A program made the translations under genes and the position numbers. A stretch of DNA of 64,000 bases from Armatimonadota bacterium (GTDB taxonomy: Bacteria > Armatimonadota > Fimbriimonadia > Fimbriimonadales > GBS-DC), in assembly GCA_037445735.1 (NCBI GenBank), contig JBBIJY010000009.1, positions 12,974 to 76,973 on the forward strand. The letters are read 5' to 3'. Positions within the stretch are counted from its first letter, which is position 1. Each line of letters starts with the position of its first letter. The notes under the pieces are model-generated. The model saw only the letters and a list, made by a program, of their open reading frames with translations. It made no database searches and was not told where the DNA came from. This document shows, one piece after another, positions 47,981 to 55,866 of the stretch.

Positions 47981-49003
47981 TTATCGTCCGACCTTTTTCT
48001 CCAGCTCGTCCACGCGCTTGACCAGTTCGGGCAGTTTATAAAGATGCGCCAGGATCTGCAGCCATTCGCGGTGGGCAATCGCGGGTGTGCCCCAGTAGAC
48101 TCCGTTCGGGGGCAGATTTTTGGACACACCGCCCTGTGCGCCCACCACCGCGCCGCGCCCGATGCGCACATGGTCCTTCACACCCACCTGCCCCGCCAGC
48201 ACCACATGGTCTTCCAGCACCGTGCTGCCCGCAATCCCCACCTGCGACACCAGCAGGCAATGCTCGCCAATCTCCACATTGTGCGCAACCTGAACCAGAT
48301 TATCGATTTTGGTGCCGCGTCCGACGCGGGTTGCCCCGGTCGTTGCCCGATCGATGCAGGTGTTGCAGCCGATTTCCACCTCGTCCTCAATAATCACTGT
48401 GCCAATCTGCGGGATTTTGTGGTGGACGCCCTCGTGCTGCACATAGCCGAAGCCATCGCCACCGATGACGGCGCCCGGGTGGACAATCACGCGCTGACCA
48501 ATCTGCACGCGCGGCATCACCACCACATGCGGGTACAGCACCGTGTCGTCGCCAATCTGCACATCGTCGCCGATATAACAGAAGGGATAGACCTGCACGC
48601 GCGCACCGAGTCGCACGCGATTGCCCAGCACCACATAGGGCATCAGCGCCACTTCGTCGCCCAGCTCGCAATCGTCGCCCATCACGACCGTCGGGTGAAC
48701 GCCGGGCGCGGGGGTCTCAAACGGGCTGAAGAGGGTCAGCAGCTGGGCAAATGCCAGTCGTGGCAGGGGATGGAGCAGCAGGCTCTTCTCACAACGCAGG
48801 TTCTCCACCAGGTTCGGGCGGGTTATAATCGCGGCGGCAGGCGACTGGAGCGCAAGACGCAGGTTACGCTCATCTTCCGCAAAGGTCAAGCCGCCGTCCG
48901 CCACATCGGATAGCCCGCCGATGCCCGTAATCATCAGGTCGGGATCGCCCCGCACCACGCCGCGCACATGTTCTGCCAGCTCCACCAGCCGATAGCGTGC
49001 CAT
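47981..49003 (-). CDS. lpxD: UDP-3-O-acylglucosamine N-acyltransferase
   Basis: The N-terminal uridine-binding domain (LAEHV.G...GD.D..ITG...L......G.LTF) is followed by long hexapeptide repeats ([LIV]G....I) and a C-terminal helix. Confidence 0.9.
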   Translation of the reverse strand: MARYRLVELAEHVRGVVRGDPDLMITGIGGLSDVADGGLTFAEDERNLRLALQSPAAAIITRPNLVENLRCEKSLLLHPLPRLAFAQLLTLFSPFETPAPGVHPTVVMGDDCELGDEVALMPYVVLGNRVRLGARVQVYPFCYIGDDVQIGDDTVLYPHVVVMPRVQIGQRVIVHPGAVIGGDGFGYVQHEGVHHKIPQIGTVIIEDEVEIGCNTCIDRATTGATRVGRGTKIDNLVQVAHNVEIGEHCLLVSQVGIAGSTVLEDHVVLAGQVGVKDHVRIGRGAVVGAQGGVSKNLPPNGVYWGTPAIAHREWLQILAHLYKLPELVKRVDELEKKVGR

Positions 49004-49011
49004 CAGCGGGT

Positions 49012-49332
49012 ATGATACCCCTTCGAGCCGTGCAAAGCCTGACGGAGCAGGTGTACGCGCTGGTGCGGCAGGTGCCAGCGGGTCGTGTGGTCAGCTATGG
49101 GCAGATTGCAGAGCAGTTTCCCCCTCTGAGTGCGCGTCAGGTCGGGCGGTGGATGGCGCTGGCGCCCGACGATGTGCCCTGGTGGCGCGTGGTGGGCGCG
49201 GACGGCACTTTGCGCATCGCCCGCCGCGACCCAATGCTGGCAAATCTCCAGCGCGCCTATTTGCAGGCGGAAGGCGTGCCGTTCGACGAGCAGGGGCGTG
49301 TCTGCATGCGGCTATGCCAGTGGGAGCTCTGA
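49012..49332 (+). CDS. MGMT-fold alkyltransferase-like (ATL) DNA-binding protein lacking the catalytic cysteine
   Basis: The motifs VP.GRVVSYGQIA and DDVPWWRVVGADG show a Trp where O6-alkylguanine transferases have the PCHRV cysteine. The ATG at 49012 is preferred because the GTG at 48997 would overlap the lpxD start. Confidence 0.65.
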   Translation: MIPLRAVQSLTEQVYALVRQVPAGRVVSYGQIAEQFPPLSARQVGRWMALAPDDVPWWRVVGADGTLRIARRDPMLANLQRAYLQAEGVPFDEQGRVCMRLCQWEL

Positions 49333-49340
49333 AAACTTTT

Positions 49341-49368
49341 CCCCCTCCCGAAAGCCTTCGGGAGGGGG
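49341..49368. terminator. GC-rich hairpin between convergent genes
   Basis: CCCCCTCCCGAA-agcc-TTCGGGAGGGGG is a 12-bp perfect stem. TTTT lies on its 5' side on the plus strand. Confidence 0.4.
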
Positions 49369-49380
49369 TGCATACCACGC

Positions 49381-49896
49381 TTAGCGTCCACCAGAGCGAG
49401 AGAACACAGCGATATCGCCGCGTTTCACCTCGCCTGAGTAGGTGAACACGGTGTTGCCATCCTCGTCGGTGAAAGTTACCTCCAGCGTGTCGGGGTCGCC
49501 ACTGCCATCGCGCGAGCGATTATCGGCGACGCTGACCTGCACCGTGCCACGAACGCGCTCGAACCCCGTGCGCGAACGCACGGTCAGCACCGCCTGACCG
49601 CTGAAACTCGCCGTGCGATTGTCAAGGTCAACCGTCAGGTCCTCGAGGCGGAACATCAGCACCGAAACGAGCTGGGTATCCTGGCGTGTGGTCAGGCTGA
49701 ACCAGCCCCCTTGCCAGGAGCGCGCACCGAAGGTGAACTCAACCACGGTGAACGAGAAGAAGGCATTCGGTTGATCCGAGTCGGGGGCGCCAGCCGAGCC
49801 AGCGCCCGATGCGCCTTTCACGCTAAAGGTCTGTGCCAGCGCCAATGCGCTCGTCAGCACCATCAACGCGCCAAACCACACTGCTCTTCGCATCAT
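49381..49896 (-). CDS. Secreted hypothetical protein
   Basis: 171 aa with signal peptide MMRRAVWFGALMVLTSALALA|Q. The mature part is beta-rich and has no recognisable motif. Confidence 0.4.
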   Translation of the reverse strand: MMRRAVWFGALMVLTSALALAQTFSVKGASGAGSAGAPDSDQPNAFFSFTVVEFTFGARSWQGGWFSLTTRQDTQLVSVLMFRLEDLTVDLDNRTASFSGQAVLTVRSRTGFERVRGTVQVSVADNRSRDGSGDPDTLEVTFTDEDGNTVFTYSGEVKRGDIAVFSRSGGR

Positions 49897-49996
49897 CCAT
49901 CCCTCCTTCGTCAGTGCTGGCTACCTCAGCGATCCATCTCGCTCATGGTAGCCTCTTTTATTATACCCTATCGAGGACAAAGAAGCCAAGGAGTGA

Positions 49997-50168
49997 GGAG
50001 GGTGTTCGAAAAATCCAACCAGCGGCAAGGATGCCCCTCACCCCTACCCCCTCCCCAGAGGGGAGAGGGAGAAAATAAACCACTCTCCCCCGCAGGCGGG
50101 GGAGAGTGTACGGGTGAGGGGGCTTCACACAGGCAGATATGATGTCCGCGAATTTTCGAACACCCTCC
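49997..50168. mobile_element. MITE-like 172-bp element: nested-palindromic repeat core bounded by 16-bp perfect terminal inverted repeats
   Basis: The left end is GGAGGGTGTTCGAAAA (49997-50012) and the right end is TTTTCGAACACCCTCC (50153-50168). The interior holds CCCCTCACCCCTACCCCCTCCCCagaGGGGAGAGGG ... CTCTCCCCCgcaggcGGGGGAGAGTGTACGGGTGAGGGGG. There is no coding capacity. Confidence 0.55.
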
Positions 50169-50254
50169 GGGGTGAGGAAGCCACCTCTATATCCCTCTCA
50201 AGTGCGGAACAGCGGGTATAATGGGGCAGTCCAACCAGTGGAGGTGCATGCAAA

Positions 50255-51100
50255 GTGCAATGTCCGAACTGTCGGCAGCCGTTGCCAGAGAACGCGCAGT
50301 TCTGTCTGCGCTGCGGTCGCCCGCTCACAGCCACGCTGATGAGCAGCCCGCCCGTTAGCTCCAGCAGTAGTCGCGCGCTCCGGTGGCTCGCGCTCGCGCT
50401 GGGAGTGCTGGTGCTGCTGGGGGCTGTCGCCTTCATCGGCATCCACAGCGGACTGCTCACCCGGGCGCAGGTGAAAAAGCCCGCGGGTCCCAGCGTGCTG
50501 GAGGCGGAGGCGCCCAAGCCCCCAGCGCCCAGCGTGCTGCAAGCCGAAGCGCCCAAGCCGTCGGGTCCCAGCGTGCTGCAAACCGAGACGCCCCAGCCCA
50601 AACAGGCGCCCCAGCATGTGATCAACTGGCTCGAACACCTGCGCCGTATCGAAATGAAACGCCGCACAATGGAGCGCAACTTCAATCCCGCACTGGAGAT
50701 GCTTAAAGACGCACTGGCGCTCAAACTGGAACTGGACGAGGAGAAGCAACAGGAAAAAATGCAAAATCTGCAGCAGGGCTATCAGCGCTATCAGCAGGAT
50801 TGGGCAGGGCTGCTGCGCGAATATCGCTCCGTGCCGCCGCCCGCTGAGTGCCGCGTGTTAGCCGACACCTACGACGCCGCACTGAGCAGCTATGTTACCT
50901 TCATGCTCCAGATCGAAGACGCCATGCAGAAGCAGGACCTCAACCGCCTGATGAATATGCGTGGCACGGCTCAATCCGATGTGGATCAGAAGCTCATTAA
51001 TGCCGATGTGGAGCTGATGAAGGTGTGTGAGAGCTACGGCGTGCGCAAATATTTTGACATTCGCCCGTCGGGCGCCGTCGAAACACTGTTCGGGTTTTAG
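50255..51100 (+). CDS. Zinc-ribbon membrane protein with a Pro-rich tandem repeat
   Basis: The N-terminus is CPNCRQPLPENAQFCLRCG, followed by one TM helix (LRWLALALGVLVLLGAVAFIGI), a 3 x 13-aa repeat and an alpha-helical C-terminal domain. GTG start with GGAGG 10 nt upstream. Confidence 0.5.
   Translation: MQCPNCRQPLPENAQFCLRCGRPLTATLMSSPPVSSSSSRALRWLALALGVLVLLGAVAFIGIHSGLLTRAQVKKPAGPSVLEAEAPKPPAPSVLQAEAPKPSGPSVLQTETPQPKQAPQHVINWLEHLRRIEMKRRTMERNFNPALEMLKDALALKLELDEEKQQEKMQNLQQGYQRYQQDWAGLLREYRSVPPPAECRVLADTYDAALSSYVTFMLQIEDAMQKQDLNRLMNMRGTAQSDVDQKLINADVELMKVCESYGVRKYFDIRPSGAVETLFGF
50480..50596 (+). repeat. Tandem 39-nt (13-aa) repeat x3 inside the CDS
   Basis: The three units are PAGPSVLEAEAPK, PPAPSVLQAEAPK and PSGPSVLQTETPQ. 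Confidence 0.8.
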
Positions 51101-51102
51101 CC

Positions 51103-51738
51103 ATGGAACTCTATCATCCGCAACTGATGCCGTATTTAGAGTCGCTGGTGCCGGTGCGCCATCCCGTTCTGCAGGAGATGGAGCGTCGGGCAGCCGAAAC
51201 GCGCTTCCCGATAGTGGGTCCCGTGGTGGGGCATCTGTTCTATCTGCTGACCCGCCTGACGGGGGCACGGCGCGTGTTCGAACTGGGTTCCGGCTACGGC
51301 TATTCCACTGCCTGGTTCGCGATGGGCGTGCGCGAGAACGGCGGTGGCGAGGTCTACCATGTGGTGTGGGATGAATCGCTCTCGCGCGATGCCCGCGAAT
51401 ATCTGGGGCAGCTGGGGCTGGTGGACCTCGTGCGCTTCGAGGTGAGCGAAGCCATCGCCTGCCTGCAACGCACCGAAGGACCGTTCGATATCATCTTCAA
51501 CGACATCGATAAGGAGATGTATCCCGACTCTTTGCCCGCCATCAAGCCGAAGTTGCGTTCGGGCGGTTTGCTGCTGGTGGATAACGCGCTGCGGCATGGG
51601 GAGATTTTTGACCTGGAGAACCGCTCGCCTGCCACCGAAGGCGTGCGCACGCTCACCCACATGCTGATCGCCGACTCCGACTTTATCACCAGCCTTGTGC
51701 CTGTTCGCGACGGCGTGCTGCTGGCATATAAGCGATAG
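51103..51738 (+). CDS. Class I SAM-dependent O-methyltransferase (family 3, YrrM/caffeoyl-CoA OMT-like)
   Basis: VFELGSGYGYST (SAM motif I), DIIFNDIDK and GGLLLVDN are present, with a 211-aa length. Confidence 0.8.
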   Translation: MELYHPQLMPYLESLVPVRHPVLQEMERRAAETRFPIVGPVVGHLFYLLTRLTGARRVFELGSGYGYSTAWFAMGVRENGGGEVYHVVWDESLSRDAREYLGQLGLVDLVRFEVSEAIACLQRTEGPFDIIFNDIDKEMYPDSLPAIKPKLRSGGLLLVDNALRHGEIFDLENRSPATEGVRTLTHMLIADSDFITSLVPVRDGVLLAYKR

Positions 51739-51739
51739 T

Positions 51740-52762
51740 TTACAGGTGTGCGAGCAACCGTTCCGTTGCCTCAATCACCGCCTCTTCGCGGAGTGAGGCG
51801 ACACAGGTGGTGGGGTGATGCTGGCAGCGTATGCGTGTACAACCGGGGCAGTGCTCGTCGGGCACGACAGTCTCGCTGGGAACCTGCCACGCATGCCACT
51901 GATGGGGCGGATAGTCGCGCCGAAAGTGGAGGGTGACGCAGGGCGTGCCGACCGCCGCTGTTAGATGCACCACGCCCGTGTCCACACTTATCAGCAGCCG
52001 TGCCCGCCGCAACACCTCCGCCAGCTCCAGAACTGTGATCGCGCCCACCAGATTGATGGCGTTGCTCTGGATGCTCTGCAGGCACCGCTTTGCCATTGTT
52101 ATATCGCCTGGTGCCCCCGTCAGCACCGGCAGCAGGTGGTGCTGACGGGCAAGCCAGTTCGCCACCGCAGCAAATCGCTCTGGTAACCAGTGAGGCTGAA
52201 CCCCGCCTGTACCCAGATGCAGCACCGCATAGCTCCTTTCGGGCAGAGCGCGAATGGCTGCCGGGAGCGCTGCTAACTCGCGCGGCGCGAAGTGGAGCGG
52301 ATAGCGCGGCAGTGCGTGCCCTACCACCGCTTCCGCAATCGCCAGATTGCGCTCCACCTGATGCATTTTCGGCTCCAGCTTCACAACATGCGTGAGCAAT
52401 CGCCTCACCGAAGGGCGCCCCTGCACCGCGCCCACCCGCAGGCAAACCCCTGCCTTCTTCGCAATCCAGGCGAAACGGCGCGTATCAGGGCGTAAAATCA
52501 ACACCGCATCGGGACGCTGACGGTGCAGCTCCAGAGCAAGTCGCCAGCAGTGGAGCCACGAAGGGCGATAAGGAACCCCGCGCACCGCATCAATCCACGG
52601 TGAAGCCTCTACCAGCGAGCGCCAGCGCGGGTTGAACCACGCCTCTATATAAAGCCCATCGACGGCTTCTTTCAGAGCCTGGAAAACAGGCGTCGCTAAA
52701 AGCGTCTCGCCCAGCTTGTCATCGGAGCGAACCACAATAATTCGCTTGATGGAGTTGTTCAT
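51740..52762 (-). CDS. Glycosyltransferase family 9 (LPS heptosyltransferase-like)
   Basis: Start at MNNSIKRIIVVRSDDKLGETLLATPVFQALK, with GGAGG 6 nt upstream. The C-terminus has VSVDTGVVHLTAAVGTPCVTL. This start is internal to track ORF 51740..53014. Confidence 0.8.
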   Translation of the reverse strand: MNNSIKRIIVVRSDDKLGETLLATPVFQALKEAVDGLYIEAWFNPRWRSLVEASPWIDAVRGVPYRPSWLHCWRLALELHRQRPDAVLILRPDTRRFAWIAKKAGVCLRVGAVQGRPSVRRLLTHVVKLEPKMHQVERNLAIAEAVVGHALPRYPLHFAPRELAALPAAIRALPERSYAVLHLGTGGVQPHWLPERFAAVANWLARQHHLLPVLTGAPGDITMAKRCLQSIQSNAINLVGAITVLELAEVLRRARLLISVDTGVVHLTAAVGTPCVTLHFRRDYPPHQWHAWQVPSETVVPDEHCPGCTRIRCQHHPTTCVASLREEAVIEATERLLAHL

Positions 52763-53822
52763 TGACAGCCTCCAGCACATCCTGCACAGCGATGGCTTGC
52801 ATACAGGCAAGACGGTTATGACAGGTGCCGATGCGGCATGTCGGCGCGCAGAGCGAGGAGCGATCAATAAACAGATGCCCCTCGCCAATCGGGGCGAAGC
52901 GGCGGGCGGAGCTGGGTCCAAAAAGCCCCACCACGCGCGTGCCCATCGCCGCCGCCAGATGCGCCGGTCCCGTGTCGCCACTGACGAGCACATCGAGCAG
53001 ACCCAGACATACAATCAGCTCATCCAGGCTCAACTGCGCGGCAAGATTGATCGGCGTCTGATGCATCGCCTGCAGAACCGCCTGCACCTGCGGCAGGTCC
53101 GACCCCGCACCGAACAGCACCACATGCACCCCCGATTCAAGCAGGGCGTCGGCAACCTGGGCGAACCGTTCGGGAAACCATCGCTTGTTGGGCGCGCTGG
53201 CGCCTGGATTGATGCCCACCAGCGGTCGCTCCCCGCGCCAGCCTGCCTGCTCCAGCTTGCCCCGTGCCGTCTCCTCCGCTTTGGGATCGGGGAACAGCTC
53301 CAGCCGCCAGTCCGACACCTCACAACCCAGCCGCGCCACAATCGCCCGATTGAGATCGTTGATCTGGTGCGCATCGAGGTCCACAGGCACAGCATCGGTC
53401 AGCAGACGGCTGAAGTAGCGCTTGGCGCCGCCCACCCGACGCGGGATGCCCGCCAGAAAAGTGTGCAGGGTCTTCTCGTCGCTGTTGTCCAGGATCACGG
53501 CGAGGTCATAGCGTCCCCTGCGCAGGCGTATAATCTCGCGCAGCTTGCCTGTCAACCCGTTGCCGAGATGCCGCAAATAGAGCGCGTCCAGATAGGGGCA
53601 TCGCTGGAGCAGCGGGTAGCCGCGATTGCCTGTGATGACCGTGATGTGTGCCTGCGGATAGCGACGCCGCAGCGCCCGCAACGCCGGGATCACATAGACG
53701 GCATCTCCTAACCCCGCCCGTGTCAGCACCACAATCCGCTTCGGCTCGCCCACAACCGCTATTGTACCTCGCTGTTCGAGTACTATCAAACCATGCAAAG
53801 CAAGCAGGTCAGGGTTGAGCAT
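52719..53822 (-). CDS. Glycosyltransferase family 9 (LPS heptosyltransferase-like), second paralog
   Basis: Motifs KRIVVLTRAGLGDAVYVIPALRALRRRYP and VSGDTGPAHLAAAMGTRVVGLFG. The start is ambiguous: the ATG at 53822 would overlap the divergent ORF at 53793, and the GTG at 53753 (VGEPKRIVVL) is the alternative. The upstream 220 codons of the track ORF are judged spurious. Confidence 0.7.
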   Translation of the reverse strand: MLNPDLLALHGLIVLEQRGTIAVVGEPKRIVVLTRAGLGDAVYVIPALRALRRRYPQAHITVITGNRGYPLLQRCPYLDALYLRHLGNGLTGKLREIIRLRRGRYDLAVILDNSDEKTLHTFLAGIPRRVGGAKRYFSRLLTDAVPVDLDAHQINDLNRAIVARLGCEVSDWRLELFPDPKAEETARGKLEQAGWRGERPLVGINPGASAPNKRWFPERFAQVADALLESGVHVVLFGAGSDLPQVQAVLQAMHQTPINLAAQLSLDELIVCLGLLDVLVSGDTGPAHLAAAMGTRVVGLFGPSSARRFAPIGEGHLFIDRSSLCAPTCRIGTCHNRLACMQAIAVQDVLEAVNEQLHQANYCGSLR

Positions 53823-54167
53823 GGCAAACGCACGCGGCGGCAAGAGGCACTCTATCAGCGGGTGCAGGCGCTCTATCGGGAGGCAGGCATCGCGGTGCCG
53901 TCGATCCATCACGCTTCGCGGCTGATCGGCGCGCCGCCCGATGCCATCCGCGCGATGATTCAGATGGGCATCGAACGGGGCGAGTTTGTTGATGCGGGCG
54001 AAGGCATCTACTTCCCCATCGACACACTCCAGCAACTTGCGGAGCAGCTGCGCACGCTGCCAGAACCTGTCACCGTCGCGAAGGTGCGCGACCTGACCCA
54101 AAGCTCGCGACGCTATGCTGCTGCCGCCCTGCGCTGGCTCAAACGCAACGGCTGGATTCGCGGGTAA
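53793..54167 (+). CDS. Stand-alone SelB C-terminal winged-helix-like protein
   Basis: 124 aa. The tail VTVAKVRDLTQSSRRYAAAALRWLKRNGWIRG resembles the terminal winged helix of SelB (..FTVAEFRDLLGTSRKYAIPLLEYLDR.G.TRR). No GTPase domain lies upstream. Confidence 0.45.
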   Translation: MQSKQVRVEHGKRTRRQEALYQRVQALYREAGIAVPSIHHASRLIGAPPDAIRAMIQMGIERGEFVDAGEGIYFPIDTLQQLAEQLRTLPEPVTVAKVRDLTQSSRRYAAAALRWLKRNGWIRG

Positions 54168-54188
54168 AATAGAACTGGAGGTGCGCAG

Positions 54189-54518
54189 GTGCGAATCGAA
54201 CTGCTGTACTACCCTGAATGCCCCTCGCACGAGCGGGCGCTGGAGCTGTTGAGGGAGGCACTGCGAGCCGAGGGCGTCGATGCGCCGATCGAGATTATCC
54301 GCATCGACACGCAGGCGCAGGCGGAGCAACACCGCTTCATCGGCTCGCCCACCATCCGCATCAACGGCATCGAGGTGGACCCTCACCCCGAACTGCCCTA
54401 CCGCCTGACCTGTCGCACCTTCGTCCACGAGGATGGACGCCTGTCGCCCCTGCCCTCGCTGACCATGCTCCGACAGGCAATCCGTCAAGCGAAGGAGGTG
54501 AGCAACGATGGCACTTGA
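54189..54518 (+). CDS. Small thioredoxin-fold-like protein with a single-Cys CPSH motif
   Basis: MRIELLYYPECPSHERALELL...FIGSPTIRINGIEVDP matches the layout of small glutaredoxin/thioredoxin-like proteins, but CxxC is replaced by CPSH. GTG start. Confidence 0.45.
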   Translation: MRIELLYYPECPSHERALELLREALRAEGVDAPIEIIRIDTQAQAEQHRFIGSPTIRINGIEVDPHPELPYRLTCRTFVHEDGRLSPLPSLTMLRQAIRQAKEVSNDGT

Positions 54519-55038
54519 AATCGGTCATTCGGCTTACGACTTTTCACTGCCTGGTGTGGATGGCAAGACCTATTCGCTGAAAGACTTTGCCGATAAGCCA
54601 GTGCTGGTGCTGTTCTTCTGGTGCAATCACTGCCCTTATGTGAAAGCCTACGAAGATCGCGTGATCGCACTGGCGAAGGAGTTCGGCGACCGCGTGGCTT
54701 TCGTCGCGATTAATTCGAACGACCCGACGCAATACCCCGAAGACAGCTTCGAGGAGATGAAAAAACGCGCTGAGGAGAAGGGCTACCCCTTCCCCTATCT
54801 GTTCGACGAGACCCAGAGCGTGGCTCGCGCTTATCAGGCAACGCGCACGCCCGAGTTCTTCGTGTTTGACGAGGAGCGCGAGCTGAAATATCACGGACGC
54901 TTCGACGACAACTGGGAGAACCCTGACCAGGTACGGCAGGAGTTCGTGCGCGACGCGATTATCGCCCTGCTGAATAACGAAGTACCCCACTACTCCCAGA
55001 CCCCACCAATCGGCTGCACCATCAAGTGGAAGGTGTAG
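54508..55038 (+). CDS. Thioredoxin-fold redoxin (TlpA/AhpC-TSA-like), CxxC active site
   Basis: Motifs FSLPGVDGKTYSLKDFADKPVLVLFFWCNHCPYV and TPEFFVFD. It overlaps the previous ORF by 11 nt. Confidence 0.8.
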   Translation: MALEIGHSAYDFSLPGVDGKTYSLKDFADKPVLVLFFWCNHCPYVKAYEDRVIALAKEFGDRVAFVAINSNDPTQYPEDSFEEMKKRAEEKGYPFPYLFDETQSVARAYQATRTPEFFVFDEERELKYHGRFDDNWENPDQVRQEFVRDAIIALLNNEVPHYSQTPPIGCTIKWKV

Positions 55039-55039
55039 C

Positions 55040-55207
55040 TCTCACCCGCAGTTTCTGAACTCCCTCTCCCCCGCAAGCGGGGGAGAGGGTACGGGTGAGG
55101 GGGCTTTTTATCCTGCCAGGCTGAGAAAACCCCCACCCCGACCCTCTCCTTAGCAGGGAGAAACTAAGCCCCTCTCCCCCAAAGGGGGAGAGGGTACGGG
55201 TGAGGGG
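55040..55207. repeat. Nested-palindromic repeat cluster upstream of the dcw promoter
   Basis: The first unit is CCCTCTCCCCCgcaagcGGGGGAGAGGGTACGGGTGAGGGGG, followed by the linker CTTTTTATCCTGCCAGGCTGAGAAAACCCCCACCCCGACCCTCTCC. A second unit, CCCCTCTCCCCCaaaGGGGGAGAGGGTACGGGTGAGGGG, follows. Confidence 0.9.
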
Positions 55208-55312
55208 CTTAAAAACCCCTCGCGGACACCACAAACCCCTTCTGTCAACCCCAACATATCGGAAATTCGGGGTGATTTCGCCCAAATCTGGGGGTTTGTG
55301 GGGCTTAACCCC

Positions 55313-55341
55313 TTGACAAACGCGCATTCATGTGCTATAAT
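55313..55341 (+). promoter_or_regulatory. Consensus sigma-70 promoter of the dcw cluster (Pmra-like), with an extended -10
   Basis: TTGACA (55313-55318), a 17-nt spacer whose last bases are TGC, then TATAAT (55336-55341). Confidence 0.65.
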
Positions 55342-55349
55342 ATATCCCA

Positions 55350-55387
55350 GTGGAGGATTGGTGGAGACTCAGTGGTAGATCGGTGGT
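55350..55387 (+). promoter_or_regulatory. Four direct GTGG(A/T) repeats at exact 11-bp spacing (candidate MraZ operator)
   Basis: GTGGA occurs at 55350 and 55361, and GTGGT at 55372 and 55383. The array begins 9 nt after the -10 hexamer and ends 28 nt before the mraZ ATG. Confidence 0.55.
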
Positions 55388-55415
55388 AAACGGACGCAAG
55401 CGACGGTGACGCGAC

Positions 55416-55859
55416 ATGGCGAAGTTTCAGGGCGGAAGCTACTATGCGGTGGATGACAAGGGGCGCATTGTGATCCCGATGCGCTTCCGCTCGATGCTCG
55501 GCGAGCGGTTCATCATCACGCGCGGCTTCGGCGGCTGCCTGTTTGTTTTCACCACCGACCAGTGGCAGCGACTGGGCAGCAAGTTCGATGACGGCGCACT
55601 GTTTGACCCCCGCAAAATCCGCCTGCAACGCTTTCTGTACACCAACGCGACCGAAGTGATGCCCGATAGTCAGGGTCGCGTCGCCATTCCGCAGGAGCTG
55701 CGCGAATGGGCGCAGATCGAGCCGAACTCGGAAGTGCTGATCGCCGGCTGTGCGAACTGGGTCGAAATCTGGAGTCGCCCACGCTACGAAGCGCTCATGC
55801 GCACTGAGCTGGAGCAGGGCGACGAACTGATGGAGTTAGCCGTGCAGATGAACATCTGA
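55416..55859 (+). CDS. mraZ: Transcriptional regulator MraZ
   Basis: The two SpoVT-AbrB-like halves are VDDKGRIVIPMRFR and PDSQGRVAIPQELR. Confidence 0.9.
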   Translation: MAKFQGGSYYAVDDKGRIVIPMRFRSMLGERFIITRGFGGCLFVFTTDQWQRLGSKFDDGALFDPRKIRLQRFLYTNATEVMPDSQGRVAIPQELREWAQIEPNSEVLIAGCANWVEIWSRPRYEALMRTELEQGDELMELAVQMNI

Positions 55860-55866
55860 GGTCGAT

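Noticed and set aside
47912-48913. 333-aa plus-strand ORF
   Set aside because: It is antisense to lpxD. The hexapeptide-repeat protein is on the minus strand.
53823-54488. N-terminal 220 codons of the 589-aa track ORF 52719..54488
   Set aside because: GT9 homology begins only around ...KRIVVLTRAGLGD. The upstream part is antisense to the SelB-wing-like and thioredoxin-fold genes.
54189-55038. Selenocysteine (in-frame TGA) recoding in the thioredoxin-fold genes beside the SelB-wing-like ORF
   Set aside because: Both ORFs are continuous with Cys codons at the redox motifs. No in-frame TGA or obvious SECIS-like hairpin was seen.
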